A stretch of 64,000 bases of DNA, taken from contig NC_067401.1 of assembly GCF_016432865.1 (NCBI RefSeq), forward strand, positions 142,166,001-142,230,000. The letters are read 5' to 3'. Positions 26,546 to 39,011 of this stretch are shown here, piece by piece. Within the stretch, counting starts at the first letter, position 1. Each line of letters starts with the position of its first letter. Source of the DNA: Antechinus flavipes. Lineage: Eukaryota. The translations under genes were made by a program, and so were the position numbers. The notes beneath the pieces were generated by a model. The model saw only the letters and a list, made by a program, of their open reading frames with translations. It was not told the DNA's origin and did no database searches.

Positions 26546-28984
26546 TTTCCCTTTCCTTTTAATTTTGATTGCATTGGTTTTGTTTGTGCAAAAACTGACA
26601 ACCTGGGAACAGGCCCCAAATAAGGCATGAATAGGAGAAGAACAAGCTGTGAGATTTGAGAATTTTCCTTTCTCCTTCATCCTCCAGAGTTACAGATTTT
26701 TTTTTTTTCATACTGCCTGTATCCATGTCCATGTCCATGTCCATCTATTAGCAAAGCTATGACACTGCTTTGGAATATGCTGCCCCTCTGGGACTTTTGC
26801 ATACTTCTATGAGCAATGAAGAACATAGATTACATGACCATAAGTCAATCCAGCACTATCCCCCACATTGTTATGTCACAAGAAGATCCATCTTATATCA
26901 TATATAAATGAATATTTAATTAATGGTTCATATCTCTCATCTGACTGCCCACTTTTTTTTTTGTTGGTTCTCATCATATTATATGAATCAAAACATATGC
27001 ACAAGGAACTATAGTAAGCAATTTAATTGTATTTGAAAACATATACTATAACAATATTAGTAATATACGCTATAGCAAAAATCATAGTAAGAAATTTAAT
27101 TGTATTTGAAAATATGGTATTATTAATTATATATACTATAGTAAGCAATTTAATTGTATTTGATAAAAGTATAATAAAAGCAAAGCAAAATAAATGTCAC
27201 AAAAATAGATCACAACATTTTCCTAATGTCCCATTTCCAAATCTTCCTAAGGCAGAAAGAACTCTATTTGAATAGGTTTCCATTTTCCCTACCTTCCCTA
27301 GACAAGATGTCTATTAGAGGACCATAGGAAGATTTTATCTAATCGTAAATATGGGACACAGGGACAAAATAGTCTAAACTCATAATAGGTGCAATGGATT
27401 CATGGCTAAACATATCCTTTCACCCTCAATGGGTGGTAGGACATCTCCTACTTTCTTTCTCACTAAGAACTCAAAATCTTCTTTTGTTCTTGCTATGGTC
27501 AGTTCTGGACACTTGTCCTTATGACTCAAACCTGTTCTCATATTCATTGAAAAAGAGTTGATGCTTAAAGGCTCCCTAAGACCATCCTAGCCACTATTTC
27601 TGCTTGCCTTGTCACTCAAAGACCCATATAAGTCCCACATTTGATATCCCCTCCCATCAGACATATGTGGGGAAACAGTAGAAAAAGAGTCTGGAAAAAT
27701 AGGTTGGAAGAACCCTAAATGATAGGGTCTGAATATTTCCCCCACCTTGGTTTTTCTGAATGGACTGGCTTAGAATTACTCTCATCTGACTGCAGTTCTC
27801 TTCTACTTATAAACTCCAGTGGCTTTCTATTGCCTTCAGGAAAAAATACAAATTCCTCTGACTTTTAAACCCATCACAATTTGGTATCATTATATATTAC
27901 TCCCTTTCCTATACTTTACAATCCAGAAAAAATGAACTTCACTCTGTTGGATTGAAGTCAAGATTTGATTGAAACCTTGAAGTCAAGAAGCTGCTGTCAG
28001 TTTTCATTCGTGTTCAACACTTCGTGACCCCATTTGGGCTTTTTTTGGCAAGACATTGGAGCAGCTTTGCCATTTTCTTCTCCAGATCATTTTAGAGATG
28101 TCGCATAGTTACTTTAAAAGACAAATTAGTTAAAAAGACGAGTTCAAACACTTAAGGCAGACACTTAATTGTGACACTTAAACTTATTAAACTTATTACT
28201 TTCCTTTTCTGTAAAGTGAAGGGAACTGAACTCAATGGCTTATAAGGAAACTTTCCTTTAACTCTGTGCTTCTATGATATGTACTCATTGTCTCCTCTAA
28301 TAGAATGTAAGCTTTTTGAGAGCAATGATTGTTTCATTCTTTTTGACTTTTTATTTTTCTTTAGCTGAGTCAGGAAGACTTATTTAACCAACTTGAATGC
28401 AATAAACAATTATAAAGCACCTACTATGTAGCAGGCACTGTGTTAAGCACTGGGGATACAATTAATAATAGTTCCTGCACTCAATGAGTTTACAATCCAA
28501 TAAGAGAGATAACACACAAAAGGAGACAGAAAAGGAGTGTGGAAAGGAATGACAAAGTTCAGTCCCATCTTGTTCTATGGAAGTGAAAAATACAGGAAAG
28601 GTAACAAATGCAGAATGGGGTGAGTTAAAAAGTTCAGTTTCTGTCTTTTAGGGAGAAAGGCATTGGAAGAAGTTTGGAATTCTACCTTCTAGTTCTGCAA
28701 TAAGAGAGGAGGGGGCGCTGAGGGAGGTGGTATCTATTAAGGCTTGAATTAGCAGTATGGTGATGAGATTGTCAATGATGAACTCAACCTGCCAGGAATA
28801 TTCATGGAGGTGAGGAACTAGGCAGATCAGTAGAAACAAATCACTTAACTTTGATCTATCTGTATTAGTTTCCTCATCAGTAAAATAAGGATAGTAATAA
28901 TACCTACTTCACAGACTGCTTCCGAGAATCAAATTAGATACCCATGTAAAATATTTGCAAACCTGAGAGTACTATATAAATGCT

Positions 28985-29570
28985 AGCTAATAATAATGTA
29001 ATAACTATAATAATAGATTTTATATATTATAATGTGGAATAACATATGTAATATTATATAACATAATTACATATAAAAATATATATATTATATTATATTG
29101 TATGTTATGTTACAAATTGTATCACATAATACATTGAATTGTATAATGTATTAAATACACAATAGTATACTTACATGTTATATATAATATATAATATAAT
29201 GTAATACATTTATATATTGCATAAATATTTGTTTCATGATATAGTATATGAAAATATTTATATATTATATAATATAAAATCTATGATATAATTATATATT
29301 ATGATGAATATTATATAACATGTTATATAATAACATGTAATAGACCTGTCACATCTAATATAATAGAAAAACATATGATATATTGATGTGATATAATAGA
29401 TGTATATGATAGATATATGATTATGGTAACATATATAATATATGATATTGATATAGATAATATATGGACACAATACAATAACAATTATACATGTTATATA
29501 AATATCAATATATTAATAATAATATACAATATAATGTATAAAATAATGTTGATAATAATAATAAATGCTT
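28985..29570. repeat. Long AT-rich low-complexity tract
   Basis: About 580 bp of degenerate ATAT/ATAAT sequence following a MIR tail. Confidence 0.9.
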
Positions 29571-30489
29571 TGTGATATGAGACACTTTCCTATGGGCAGA
29601 TGTAGCGTTGAGGGTTTTGTCTAATCATCATCTGGGCTGCCTTTGTCATCTTTCTGTGTATTATTTAGAGCTGGACTCTGGGTAAGGTCATTAAGACATT
29701 CAAGAATGTATAGATCCTTAACAGACTCTTAAAGCCATATAGAACTTTAGAATGTCAGGCCTAAGGGAGAGCTCCCCCAATCCTTCTGCCTCACAACGAA
29801 TTGCCTTAACAATGAAAGTGACCTACCTAGGGCCACACAGATAGTAAGCGGCAGAGCCGGGCTTGGATCCAAATCTATCCATCATCAGACTTTATAGCTA
29901 AAAGAGCCTAAAAAAATAGCTGTCAACTTTTTTTTTCTTAAAACCTTTTCCATAATATCCTCTGGTGACATATTCCATCATCTGGGTGACTCCCTTCTCC
30001 CCTCTGGGCTTCAGTTTCTCCCTCTGTAAAACTGATGGTCTTTGTGATTGTTTCCAGTTCTAAATCCTTTGAATTTTGGATCCTTGGCAGAAAGATTTTC
30101 TAGCTCATCTAAATCTTTATGGTTGAACTTTTGACTTGAGCCCTTTTGTTCTGTCCAGTAAGACTAAACCACTGGTTTCTGTGTGCTTCCTGTAGATCTT
30201 GGTGGAGTCTTTCTTTAAGGAGAAATACTGGGATCTTCTGAGATAACATGGAGTAGGGGATCAGAATGCTAGATTTGTTGTCCAGAAGACGAGTCAAAAT
30301 AACTCCTTGGACACTTCTCAGCTGTGTTGCCCTCTGTAAGGCCTCCTTATCTGTAAAACGAGAAGATTGAACTAAATGGCTTCTAATGGCTCTAAAGCGC
30401 TTCTAAATGACTCTAAATCCATGATCCTATGATCTCAGTCATAGAACCCTAGAATGTAAGCGCTAAAAGAGACCTTAGAGAGATTATTA

Positions 30490-30885
30490 AGTTCGGGGGA
30501 TCCTAACCTTTTTTATGTCATAGCTCCCTTTGGTCAATAGAATGAACCCTTCTCAGACTAAAGTTTTTTAATGCATAAAGTAAAATTCTCCTGATGACAA
30601 AGGAATTCAATAAATTTCATTTTCTTTTATTCCAGTCTTCTATTACAAAATGACTAATATGGAAATGTTTTATATATTGCACAGGTAAAACCTATATCTG
30701 ATTGTCTATCATATCAGGAAGCAGGGAGGGAAGGAGAGATAGAATTTGAAATTCAAAACATTAACAAGAACAAATATTAAAAAATAACATACAATTGAGA
30801 AAAAAATTTTTTAAAAAGATATAGTTATCAAATTAGTTTTAAAAACCAATTTCAAGAACCCTGAGTTAATAATCTTTGATCTAAT
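30490..30885. mobile_element. hAT MITE interrupted by an L1 3' fragment
   Basis: gggggatcctaacctttttt...aagaaccctgagttaataatctttgatcta ends, with an L1 3'UTR piece at about 30620-30815. Confidence 0.45.
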
Positions 30886-31130
30886 TAAATTTTTTCCTGT
30901 CATAGTTAGCGGGGTGGGAAATTGGATACTGGCAGAGACTCAATAAAGATACCCTGGCTTCCTAGAGAAGAATTAAGATGAAAACTTATATCTTGACTCC
31001 TAGTTCAATGCTTTCTTTCTATTGTATCTGATACCTTTCTAAGTGGTGTCCAAAGCATGGTACACATTTAGTAAGTGCTTGATGGTGGTGATGGCAAATG
31101 TGCTTCTGTAATTCTCCACTTTTATTACAG

Positions 31131-31372
31131 GTCCCTGGCCCTGGGGCAGCAGTACACATCATTGGGGTCCCAGCCTCTGCTCTGTGGCTCCATTCCTGGC
31201 CTGGTCCCCAAGCAACTTCGTTTCTGCCGCAACTACATTGAAATCATGCCCAGTGTGGCAGAGGGAGTGAAGCTGGGCATCCAAGAATGTCAGCATCAGT
31301 TCCGGGGCCGACGTTGGAACTGTACCACCATTGATGACAGCCTGGCCATCTTTGGGCCTGTTCTTGACAAAG
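31131..31372 (+). CDS. WNT3: WNT3 coding exon 2 (242 bp)
   Basis: Acceptor tttattacAG|G and donor AAAG|GTgag. Encodes SLALGQQYTSLGSQPLLCGSIPGLVPKQLRFCRNYIEIMPSVAEGVKLGIQECQHQFRGRRWNCTTIDDSLAIFGPVLDK. Residues such as LGQQYTS, NYIEIM, GVKLG and TIDDS match WNT3 rather than WNT3A. Confidence 0.98.
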
Positions 31373-32299
31373 GTGAGCCCATAAGATACTGCCTGACTGG
31401 GGAGAAGGCCAGGGTCTGAGGATGGTTTCACTTGATCCATTTCTCTAGCAGACTGGCAGTTCTAATATTCTGAAGGCAGGTACCTTCTTGATTCCTTAAA
31501 AAGTTGAATTTTGACACTTTCCTTTGTCTCTTGTGATTGTGGGGTGGGGGAAAGAGGGACAATAAGACTTTAGGAAAGGCAAATCCAATGATTATGCTTG
31601 AGAAAATGAGTATTTTTTGCTGATAGTAATGGGGACTGTCTCTTGGAAAGCTGGGGATATAGGTGGATGAGAATGTGACTCTGGTCCTTGCCATAAGCAT
31701 CTGTTATTTGTAAGTCATCTTCACTTCAGAAAGCTAGTCAGAATATTTCATCATTATGATATTCCTAGGCCATTCCTAGAGAACTCAGCAGTCATGCATG
31801 ACTACAGAGCCCCCACAGCAGCTTGTACTGGCCATGAAGTATGGAAGGATGGGACGAGAAGGATGGGATGGCGTGATTGTTAATTAGTGTGACATCTTCC
31901 AATGGTTTGCTGCAAATTGGACATAATTCATTGGGATCTTTTGGATTCAGGATTCAAGAAGATTTCTTTGGCTGCTCTTCAAATAAATAATAAGGCAGAT
32001 ATTGCTCACCAGTCAGTAAGCATTTAGTAAGCTTTATATGCTTTTATGCACTATGCTATATGCATTATATGCATTATATGCCAAGCACTATGCTAAACAC
32101 TCAGTAGGGATACAAAGAAAGATAAAGTTCCTGCACTCCATGAACTCACAATCTAATGGGGATGAGATGGTCAAAAATGGTGACGTAAAGTCAAGGAAAG
32201 AATGTATGAAATGATTTCAAATGTGTACATGGGAACTTTAGAGCTCCTGAATCCCAAGTTTATTTATATGTATGTGTGTATACTTACATTTTTTAATTT

Positions 32300-33130
32300 A
32301 ATATTTTAATATTTTTTATTTTCATCAATTTCATGTAAAACAATTTTTTACATTTGTTTTTTAAAGTTTTGAGTTTGAAATTCTCTTTTTTCCCATCATC
32401 ACCCATTGAGAAGGCACATGCAAAGTTGTATAAAACATTTCCATAAAAGTCATGTTATAAAAGAAAACATACATCCCCCCACAAAAAAACCCTTAAGAAA
32501 AATAAAATTTTAAAAAAGTATGCTTCAATCTGTATTCAGACACAATCAATTCTTTCTCTGGGTATGTATAGCATTTTTCATCATGTCTTTGAGAATTGTC
32601 TTGGATCATTGTGTTGCTGAGAACAGCAAAGTCATTAACAGTTGATCATTGATTGGGTTAATTTTTAAGCAGTGTTGATATTCTAAGGAACTAAATCACA
32701 CCTCCTTTGTATTGAACTTAGTCATCTACTTTCTAGGCTTTTGCTCTTCTTTTTCTCTTTTCCTCCATCACTCAATTTTCTTTTCCTAATACTTTTTCCC
32801 TTCTTCCTGCCCTTCATTCTGTTCTCTTCACCCAATAGTAATAATAGACCATCAAAGCATAATATTTTCACCTTTGTTGTTGTTGTTGCTTATTTGCTTG
32901 TTTTTTTCTTTCTCATGTTTTTCCCCTTTTGATCTAATTTTTCTTGAACAGCATGATGAATATGGAAATACATTTTTAAAAGTTGCACATGTTTAACCTA
33001 TATAGGACTGCTTGCTGTATAGGAAAGGGGGAGGTAAGGAGAAAAAATTGCAACACAAAGTTTTACAAAAATGAATGTTGAAAACTGTCTACATGTATTT
33101 GGAAAGATAAAATACTATTTTAAAATAATA
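32300..33130. mobile_element. Two old L1 3'-end fragments in opposite orientation (about 32300-32660 minus, about 32930-33130 plus)
   Basis: Same L1 3'UTR family motifs as at 1750, 8480 and 50600. Confidence 0.6.
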
Positions 33131-33509
33131 ATAATAATGGATCATGTTTAAGCTCTTTAAAGCTTACTAAGTGAGGCACATTATTCACTATCATTAGCAA
33201 TAATTATTGCCATTTTACAGGAGAAAAAAATGAGAATCAGTCATTATCATTTACTAGATTCTGTCCAACTATCAAAGATAGGATTTGAACCCAAGGCTAT
33301 TGACTCCATGTCTGGTGTTTTCCCCATATGTCATGATGTTTCTCCACTTTTTAGGGAGGCTACATGGTATGGTGGTTAGCATGCTGAGCCTAGACTCAGG
33401 AAAATCCAAGATGAGTTCCACCTTTTACACCTACTAACTGTGTTACCCTGGATAAGTCAATTAAGTTTTCTGATTCTGTTTCCTCATCTGTATATGGGAA
33501 TAATTATGT

Positions 33510-33515
33510 TACTAT

Positions 33516-33586
<71 letters not shown>
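33510..33586. repeat. (CTA)n microsatellite
   Basis: About 25 units. Source of the spurious poly-Leu ORF. Confidence 0.95.
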
Positions 33587-34774
33587 GCTGTGTTACCCTG
33601 GGCAAGTCAAATTAAGTTTTCTGATTCTGTTTCTTCATCTATAAAATGGAAATAATATTGCTGCTGCTGTTACTACTACTACTATTACTACTAACTAGCT
33701 AGCTAACATTTTTATGGCACTTGAAGGTTTGTAAAGCACTTTAGGAATATATCTATACATAATTTACTGCTACAATTATTATTACTACTATTACTATTAC
33801 TACTACTAGCTAGATACCATTTTTATGGCTATCTATACATAGTTGTCTACAATTATTACTATTAGTAGTAGTATTACTACTAGCTTATGTTTTTGTGGCA
33901 TTTTAAGGTTTGTAAAGTATGTCAAGGCTATGTCTGTCTCTCCATAATCTTCTTCTACTACTACTATTATTATTGCTACCATTAGCTAGCTAACATTTTT
34001 TATGGCACTTCTAAGATTTGTAAAGCACTTTAGGGCTATATCTATTTATCTAATGTATGATTATATATAATGTTATATAATGTGCAATCATATATTTAAT
34101 ATGTGTTATTATATGTATAAAACATATATATATACTATATATATAAAACACATATTAAATATATGTTTAAAAGTTTACTTAATTCTCATAACAACCGTTT
34201 GAGATGAATACTATTGCTATTTATATTTTACAAATGAACAAACTGCAGATGAGAGTAAATGCAAACTTACCTAGGGAAAGTCAACTAGTAAGCATTTTAC
34301 ATAGGAGTTTAAATCAGAGCTTCCTAACTCCAAGTCCCCAAATTCTAACTACTACCCCATTTGGTACTTTTTAACACGATTGTTGTAAGGATCAAATTAG
34401 ATGCTGTATGCAAAACACTTTGAAAGCACTTTATATCAATATCAGCTGTATTTCTTTCCTATTTTTTTGCTTCTTATGTGGCACTGGACTAAGTTGTTTC
34501 TTTCAATTTATTTGTGGCAAAATAGGATTTTGGCAGCTGGTAAGGCCTTGCCCTTTTCTACTTCATGGTCGAGGAAAACAATAGTTCTCTGTTTCCAGGT
34601 GGAGAATGAGATGCACCTAAGACTTCCTCTTTTGTCTGTCATATGGCTGCAAAGCCACTCTTCTCCACTTTTGAATGCACTTAATCTTTATCAATGTATG
34701 AAGCTTTTGTGGACAATAGCCATCACTGAGCTTTAGCCTTCTTCATTACATGTGTGTATATATGTAAACATATG

Positions 34775-35345
34775 TATTCACATAAATATATACAATAGCT
34801 AAAGACTAAATACGGGCTATGGTCATGGAGAGAGATAAAGATATTTTGTATTTATTTTTACATTCACACAAAACCTGTTGATAAAGTACACATTGTACTT
34901 AAATATAGCTATTGTTGTAGAGAGAGAAATATAGATGTATTTCACATGTACATATATTCATGACTACTCATAAAATATATACGATGGCTAATTAGCAAAT
35001 ACTGGCTATTGTCATAGAGTAAGAAATAGAGAGATATTTCATCTGTATTTATATATACACACCCAGTCATGCCTGTTCATAAAATACATAGTATAACTAA
35101 AGACTAAATACTTGCTATTATCATTCATAGAGAAATATAGATATATTTCATATACCTATATATATATATAAACATACATCAACACACTCATGCCTATTCA
35201 TAAAATATGCACGATAGCTGGATTAAATACTTGTTATCATCATAGAGAAATATGGATATTTTTCACACTCATACACATATATTTGCACATTCATGAATAT
35301 TCATAGAGTATATATGAGAGCTAAAGGCCCAAGCCCGGCTATTTT
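34775..35345. repeat. Diverged minisatellite, about 6 copies of an approximately 100-bp unit
   Basis: Recurring cataaaata...gatagct...taaatacttgctatt...atagagaaatatagatat...ttcac, with anchors near 34782, 34881, 34970, 35078, 35199 and 35302. Confidence 0.75.
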
Positions 35346-36739
35346 ATTTATAGACACCACACCCCCCAACTCATATAATGAAGAAGTAAAGACCATATGA
35401 TGGTTATAGTTCACAAAAAGCAACAGAAAAGATATTATTTATGGTTCTTATTATATTTCTTTTACCGATCTTATGATTACATGAAAAATTCAACTTTCTA
35501 TGCCCAGAGTAAAGATTGTTTGTATTTTAGAAGGATGTTTGACCATATGCAGGCAGGTTCATAGCAACATGTCTGATTCAATTCAATTAACAGCAATTAT
35601 CAAGCACAATTTGCTTGTATGTACAGTGTACTGGGAGGTGAGCCCTGAACTACTAAGACTGATAAGATAACCCCTGTCCTCAAGGAGCTTACCCACTAAT
35701 ATGTGCATATTTGTGTGCTTGTATGCATAACTGGGACATGTACATGTGAGAAGGGGGAGTATTAAGACATGTTCACAAATTACTACAATTAATTTTAATT
35801 AAATAGTTTGGTCTTCTGTTGGGCCGCATGCAACACAATGGCTATCCATGATTTTCCAAATATTCTGTTTCCTGAACCCTTTACCTGTGTTTCTCATTAA
35901 TTTTGTCTTTCTTAGATTGCCAGCTCTTAAAGGGCAGGGACTGTGTCTGTCTAATTCCTTTGGTTCAGAGCTCACACAGGGCAGCTAGAAATTGTTCTTT
36001 GTTGCCAATGATGTCTGCCTCTGGATCCCATTCCTACCAGTACCTCTGACCCTATCCTATCCACACACACTGGGCTAATCATTGGCCCGGGTTTGAAGTT
36101 CCAAAAGGCAGAAGCATGGCCTGCCTCGTGAAGCTCAGGACCACGGCTGTCAGGAAAAGAAGGACAGAGCCCCGAGGAGAAGAGAGGGCAGGACGACAGG
36201 TCGGCTCTGGAACACTGTCCAGCCAGGGGCAAGGCTGCTAATCGGAATCTTCAGGGCTAGCTGGATGGAGACCGAGGAGTGAAGGGTTTGTTGGGAGTGG
36301 AGAGGGCTGAGATCAGGTGGGCCTGTCTGGGATATCTCAGAGGCTGTTGAGGCTGGTGGCCTGTGACTGAGGGTCTTCACCGGGTAGATGAAAAGCAATG
36401 ACGCATGATTTGGAAGTGTAAGATTAGTCTGGAGGGCTGAGACTCAGGGAGACTCGAATGCCCAGGGGGCTGAGGTGGGCTGGAGCAAGGGTCAGGTGCC
36501 AGGGAACCAAGACAGGAAGGGGGAGAGGCCGGAGGTCTGGGGGGTGTGCAAGGGGCAAGGGTAGGGGCAGGGGCAAGCCAGGGAACCGAGAGAAGGAGGG
36601 GCCAGGGTAGGAAACAGGGCGGGTGGTCATGTTACAAACTCCGGATTTTTTTTCTCTCCCCCTTTCCAGGGAGGAGCTGGGGGAGGATAGAGCAAAATGA
36701 GCTTATATTGATTGAAAAAGGGCTAAGCCTTGTCCCCCA

Positions 36740-37400
36740 CTGTGAGGCTGGGGCTGCGGGCCCGGCCCCCGCCACACTCATTTCACATCGCTGCGCCATT
36801 CACACGCCCTTTCCCCCATTCTGCCCGGGGAGCGGCGGGGGGGCGGGAGCCCCATCAATAGGGATTTCCCGGCCCCGCGCGGCCCGGGAGGGGGAGGCCC
36901 GGCTGGGGGGAGCTGCCCGTTGCTACGCGGTGGCGGCAGGGAATGCCGGGCCCTGGCGCCCTGGGCGCAGTGGCCAGAGGAAGCCTGCCACATTAGGCGG
37001 ATAATACAGTGTGACACGGGGGGAACAAAGGGAGATTGAGTGGCCCAGCAGGTAACGGCCGGCCGGATGGGGGCTAGGCACAGGGGCTCACTGTCAGCCG
37101 CAGTTCTCAGGCTCTCTAATCCCTCCCGCCCCGCGGCCCCCTTCCTGCCCCTCCCCAGGGCTGGGAACCCAAGAAGGCTCTGGGAAATTCCTCCCTGGGC
37201 CCAGCATGGACCCGCTCGGGGGATGAGGGCGGGGGCGGCTTGGGAGGTTCAGGGTTTGGCTGAAGTTTTTCGGGTTCCTCCCCCACTTTGGAAGAACGGT
37301 CGCTTTTCTTCCCAATGTGCAGATCCTGGGTTGCTTTCTCCTCCATCTCCCACGGAACTGGGCCAGAAAAGAGTTAGGACGTTTATATTTCGGGGAGACA
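36740..37400. promoter_or_regulatory. Intronic CpG island / candidate enhancer or internal promoter in WNT3 intron 2
   Basis: Abrupt GC- and CpG-rich unique segment in an otherwise AT-rich, CpG-depleted window. It contains GC boxes, GGGATTTCCC (36861-36870), GGGAAATTCC (37182-37191), TGGCGCC (36954-36960) and AACAAAG (37024-37030). Confidence 0.75.
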
Positions 37401-38214
37401 GCAGGGGGTGGGGAGAATAACTGGGGATCCCTACTCCAAACCTTGGGTGCTGTTAAGCAGAGCTACCTGAACTTCATCACTTGCCACTTCCCAATTTTAT
37501 TTAACAGCTTCCGAACATAACAGAAAGAACACCGAGGTACTTGGTGGGCTGTATAGACTAGATGATTATTTCTCTTCTTCAAAAAAAATTTTTTTTATTT
37601 AAGAAAAATCAATTTTCCTTCCATCTCATCCTGTTGTGGGGGAAAAATATCCACAAGATCTTTTTGACATTTATATTCCAGCAAAAGAAATCTTCACATT
37701 CTGCATATCTCGAATAAAATAAAATAAATGCCATTTTCTGTCCCCTGGGAAAATCATTGAAAATTTTCTCTCTATCATCCTTAGTGGTTGGTCATCACAA
37801 GGGGAGATCTTAAATATCTCCAAGTTATGTATCAATCCATTGCTAATGTTACTGTGTAAATTGTTCTCCTGGTAATTTGCTCCCCTCTTTGAGGGGAAAC
37901 CAGCTCCCATGCCAATGAGTCTGCATGTTTGGGCAAAGCCTTGTCCTTTCTGGAGGATGGTGAACTCTACAAGAAGCATGGAAATGAGGAGGAGGAGCAA
38001 AGATGAGGGCAGTGACTTGAGAAGTCACTTCTTATCCTTTGCCTGGTCATAGATAGACAATCATTGCTACCCTAGATGAAGAAACCCTGGAGGGTCTGTG
38101 TGAGAAGAAGGGTGGATTGAAGATAGGTTTCCCTGTTTCCCTATCCCAAGAGCTAGGGAGATGATGTTTCCCCAACTCTGTCCCTGGGCTTTGTTTAATA
38201 ATCAGTCTGCCAAT

Positions 38215-38971
38215 CAATCAACAAGCATTTATTAATCACTTATGTGACAGGCACTTTGCTAAGCGCTGGGGATACACAAAACAGTTCCTTCCCTTAAGAA
38301 GGTACATTGTAAAGGGGATTGAGGATGGGCCACATACATATAATCAGGTCCAGGCAATTTACATCTAGAAGATAATTTCAGAGAAGAAGGCTCTAGCGTT
38401 TGAGGTATCAGGAAAGATCTGCAGAAGGTAGTGTTTGAGCTGTGTTTTGAAGGGAACCTGGGATTCCAAGAGGTACGAATCAGAATGAAGAACATTCCAA
38501 TTCAGGTATAGGAGACAGTGCAAAGGAACAGAGTTTGTGAAATGAGAGAACAGGCAAGAAGAGTGGAAACATAGAAAGGTATGAGAAGCTTTGAAATATA
38601 AAACAAAGGACTTTGATTCCTATGATCATAGGAAGCCACTGGAGTTCATTGAAGCAGGTTGGAAGGAGGCCACACTTACACTTTAGGAAAATAAATTTGG
38701 CAGCTCTGGGACCTGGGAAGATTTGAGGCAGATGGATTAATTAAAAAGCTATTGAAATAGTCTAAGAGAGAGGTGTTGAAAGGCTTGAATTAGAATAGAA
38801 GTAGAGATAAGGGATAGATGTGAGAGAAGTGGAGAAGGTAAAAATGGAAAGAAAAAACCACCCTTGGAAACTGAGTGAATACATGGGATAAGAGAAAATA
38901 ATGAGTAAAGGAAGAGGCCAAAGTTGAGACCAGGGAGACAGAAATACCCTCAAAAGAAAGAGGTTTTCAGA

Positions 38972-39011
<40 letters not shown>

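Noticed and set aside
28697-28722. Possible CTCF site (AGGGGGCGCTG)
   Set aside because: Only the 3' half of the core matches, and the upstream TGCAAT is at the wrong spacing.
1-31130. WNT3 exon 1 (signal peptide, MEPHLL...GYPIWW)
   Set aside because: I found no matching coding sequence or promoter CpG island; it must lie upstream of the window.
31075-31419. ORF-track 114-aa and 198-aa ORFs (31075-31419, 42108-42704) as whole proteins
   Set aside because: They are WNT3 exons 2 and 3 read through into intronic sequence; the splice sites define the true limits.
33440-33655. Poly-Leu ORF
   Set aside because: Translation of the (CTA)n microsatellite.
36943-37051. Alternative coding first exon from ATG 36943 spliced in phase to exon 3
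   Set aside because: The length is phase-compatible, but an in-frame TAG occurs at 36994-36996.
36546-37420. GC-rich ORFs of 126-152 aa across the CpG island
   Set aside because: Ala/Gly/Pro/Arg-rich with no recognisable domain; expected from stop-codon scarcity in GC-rich DNA.
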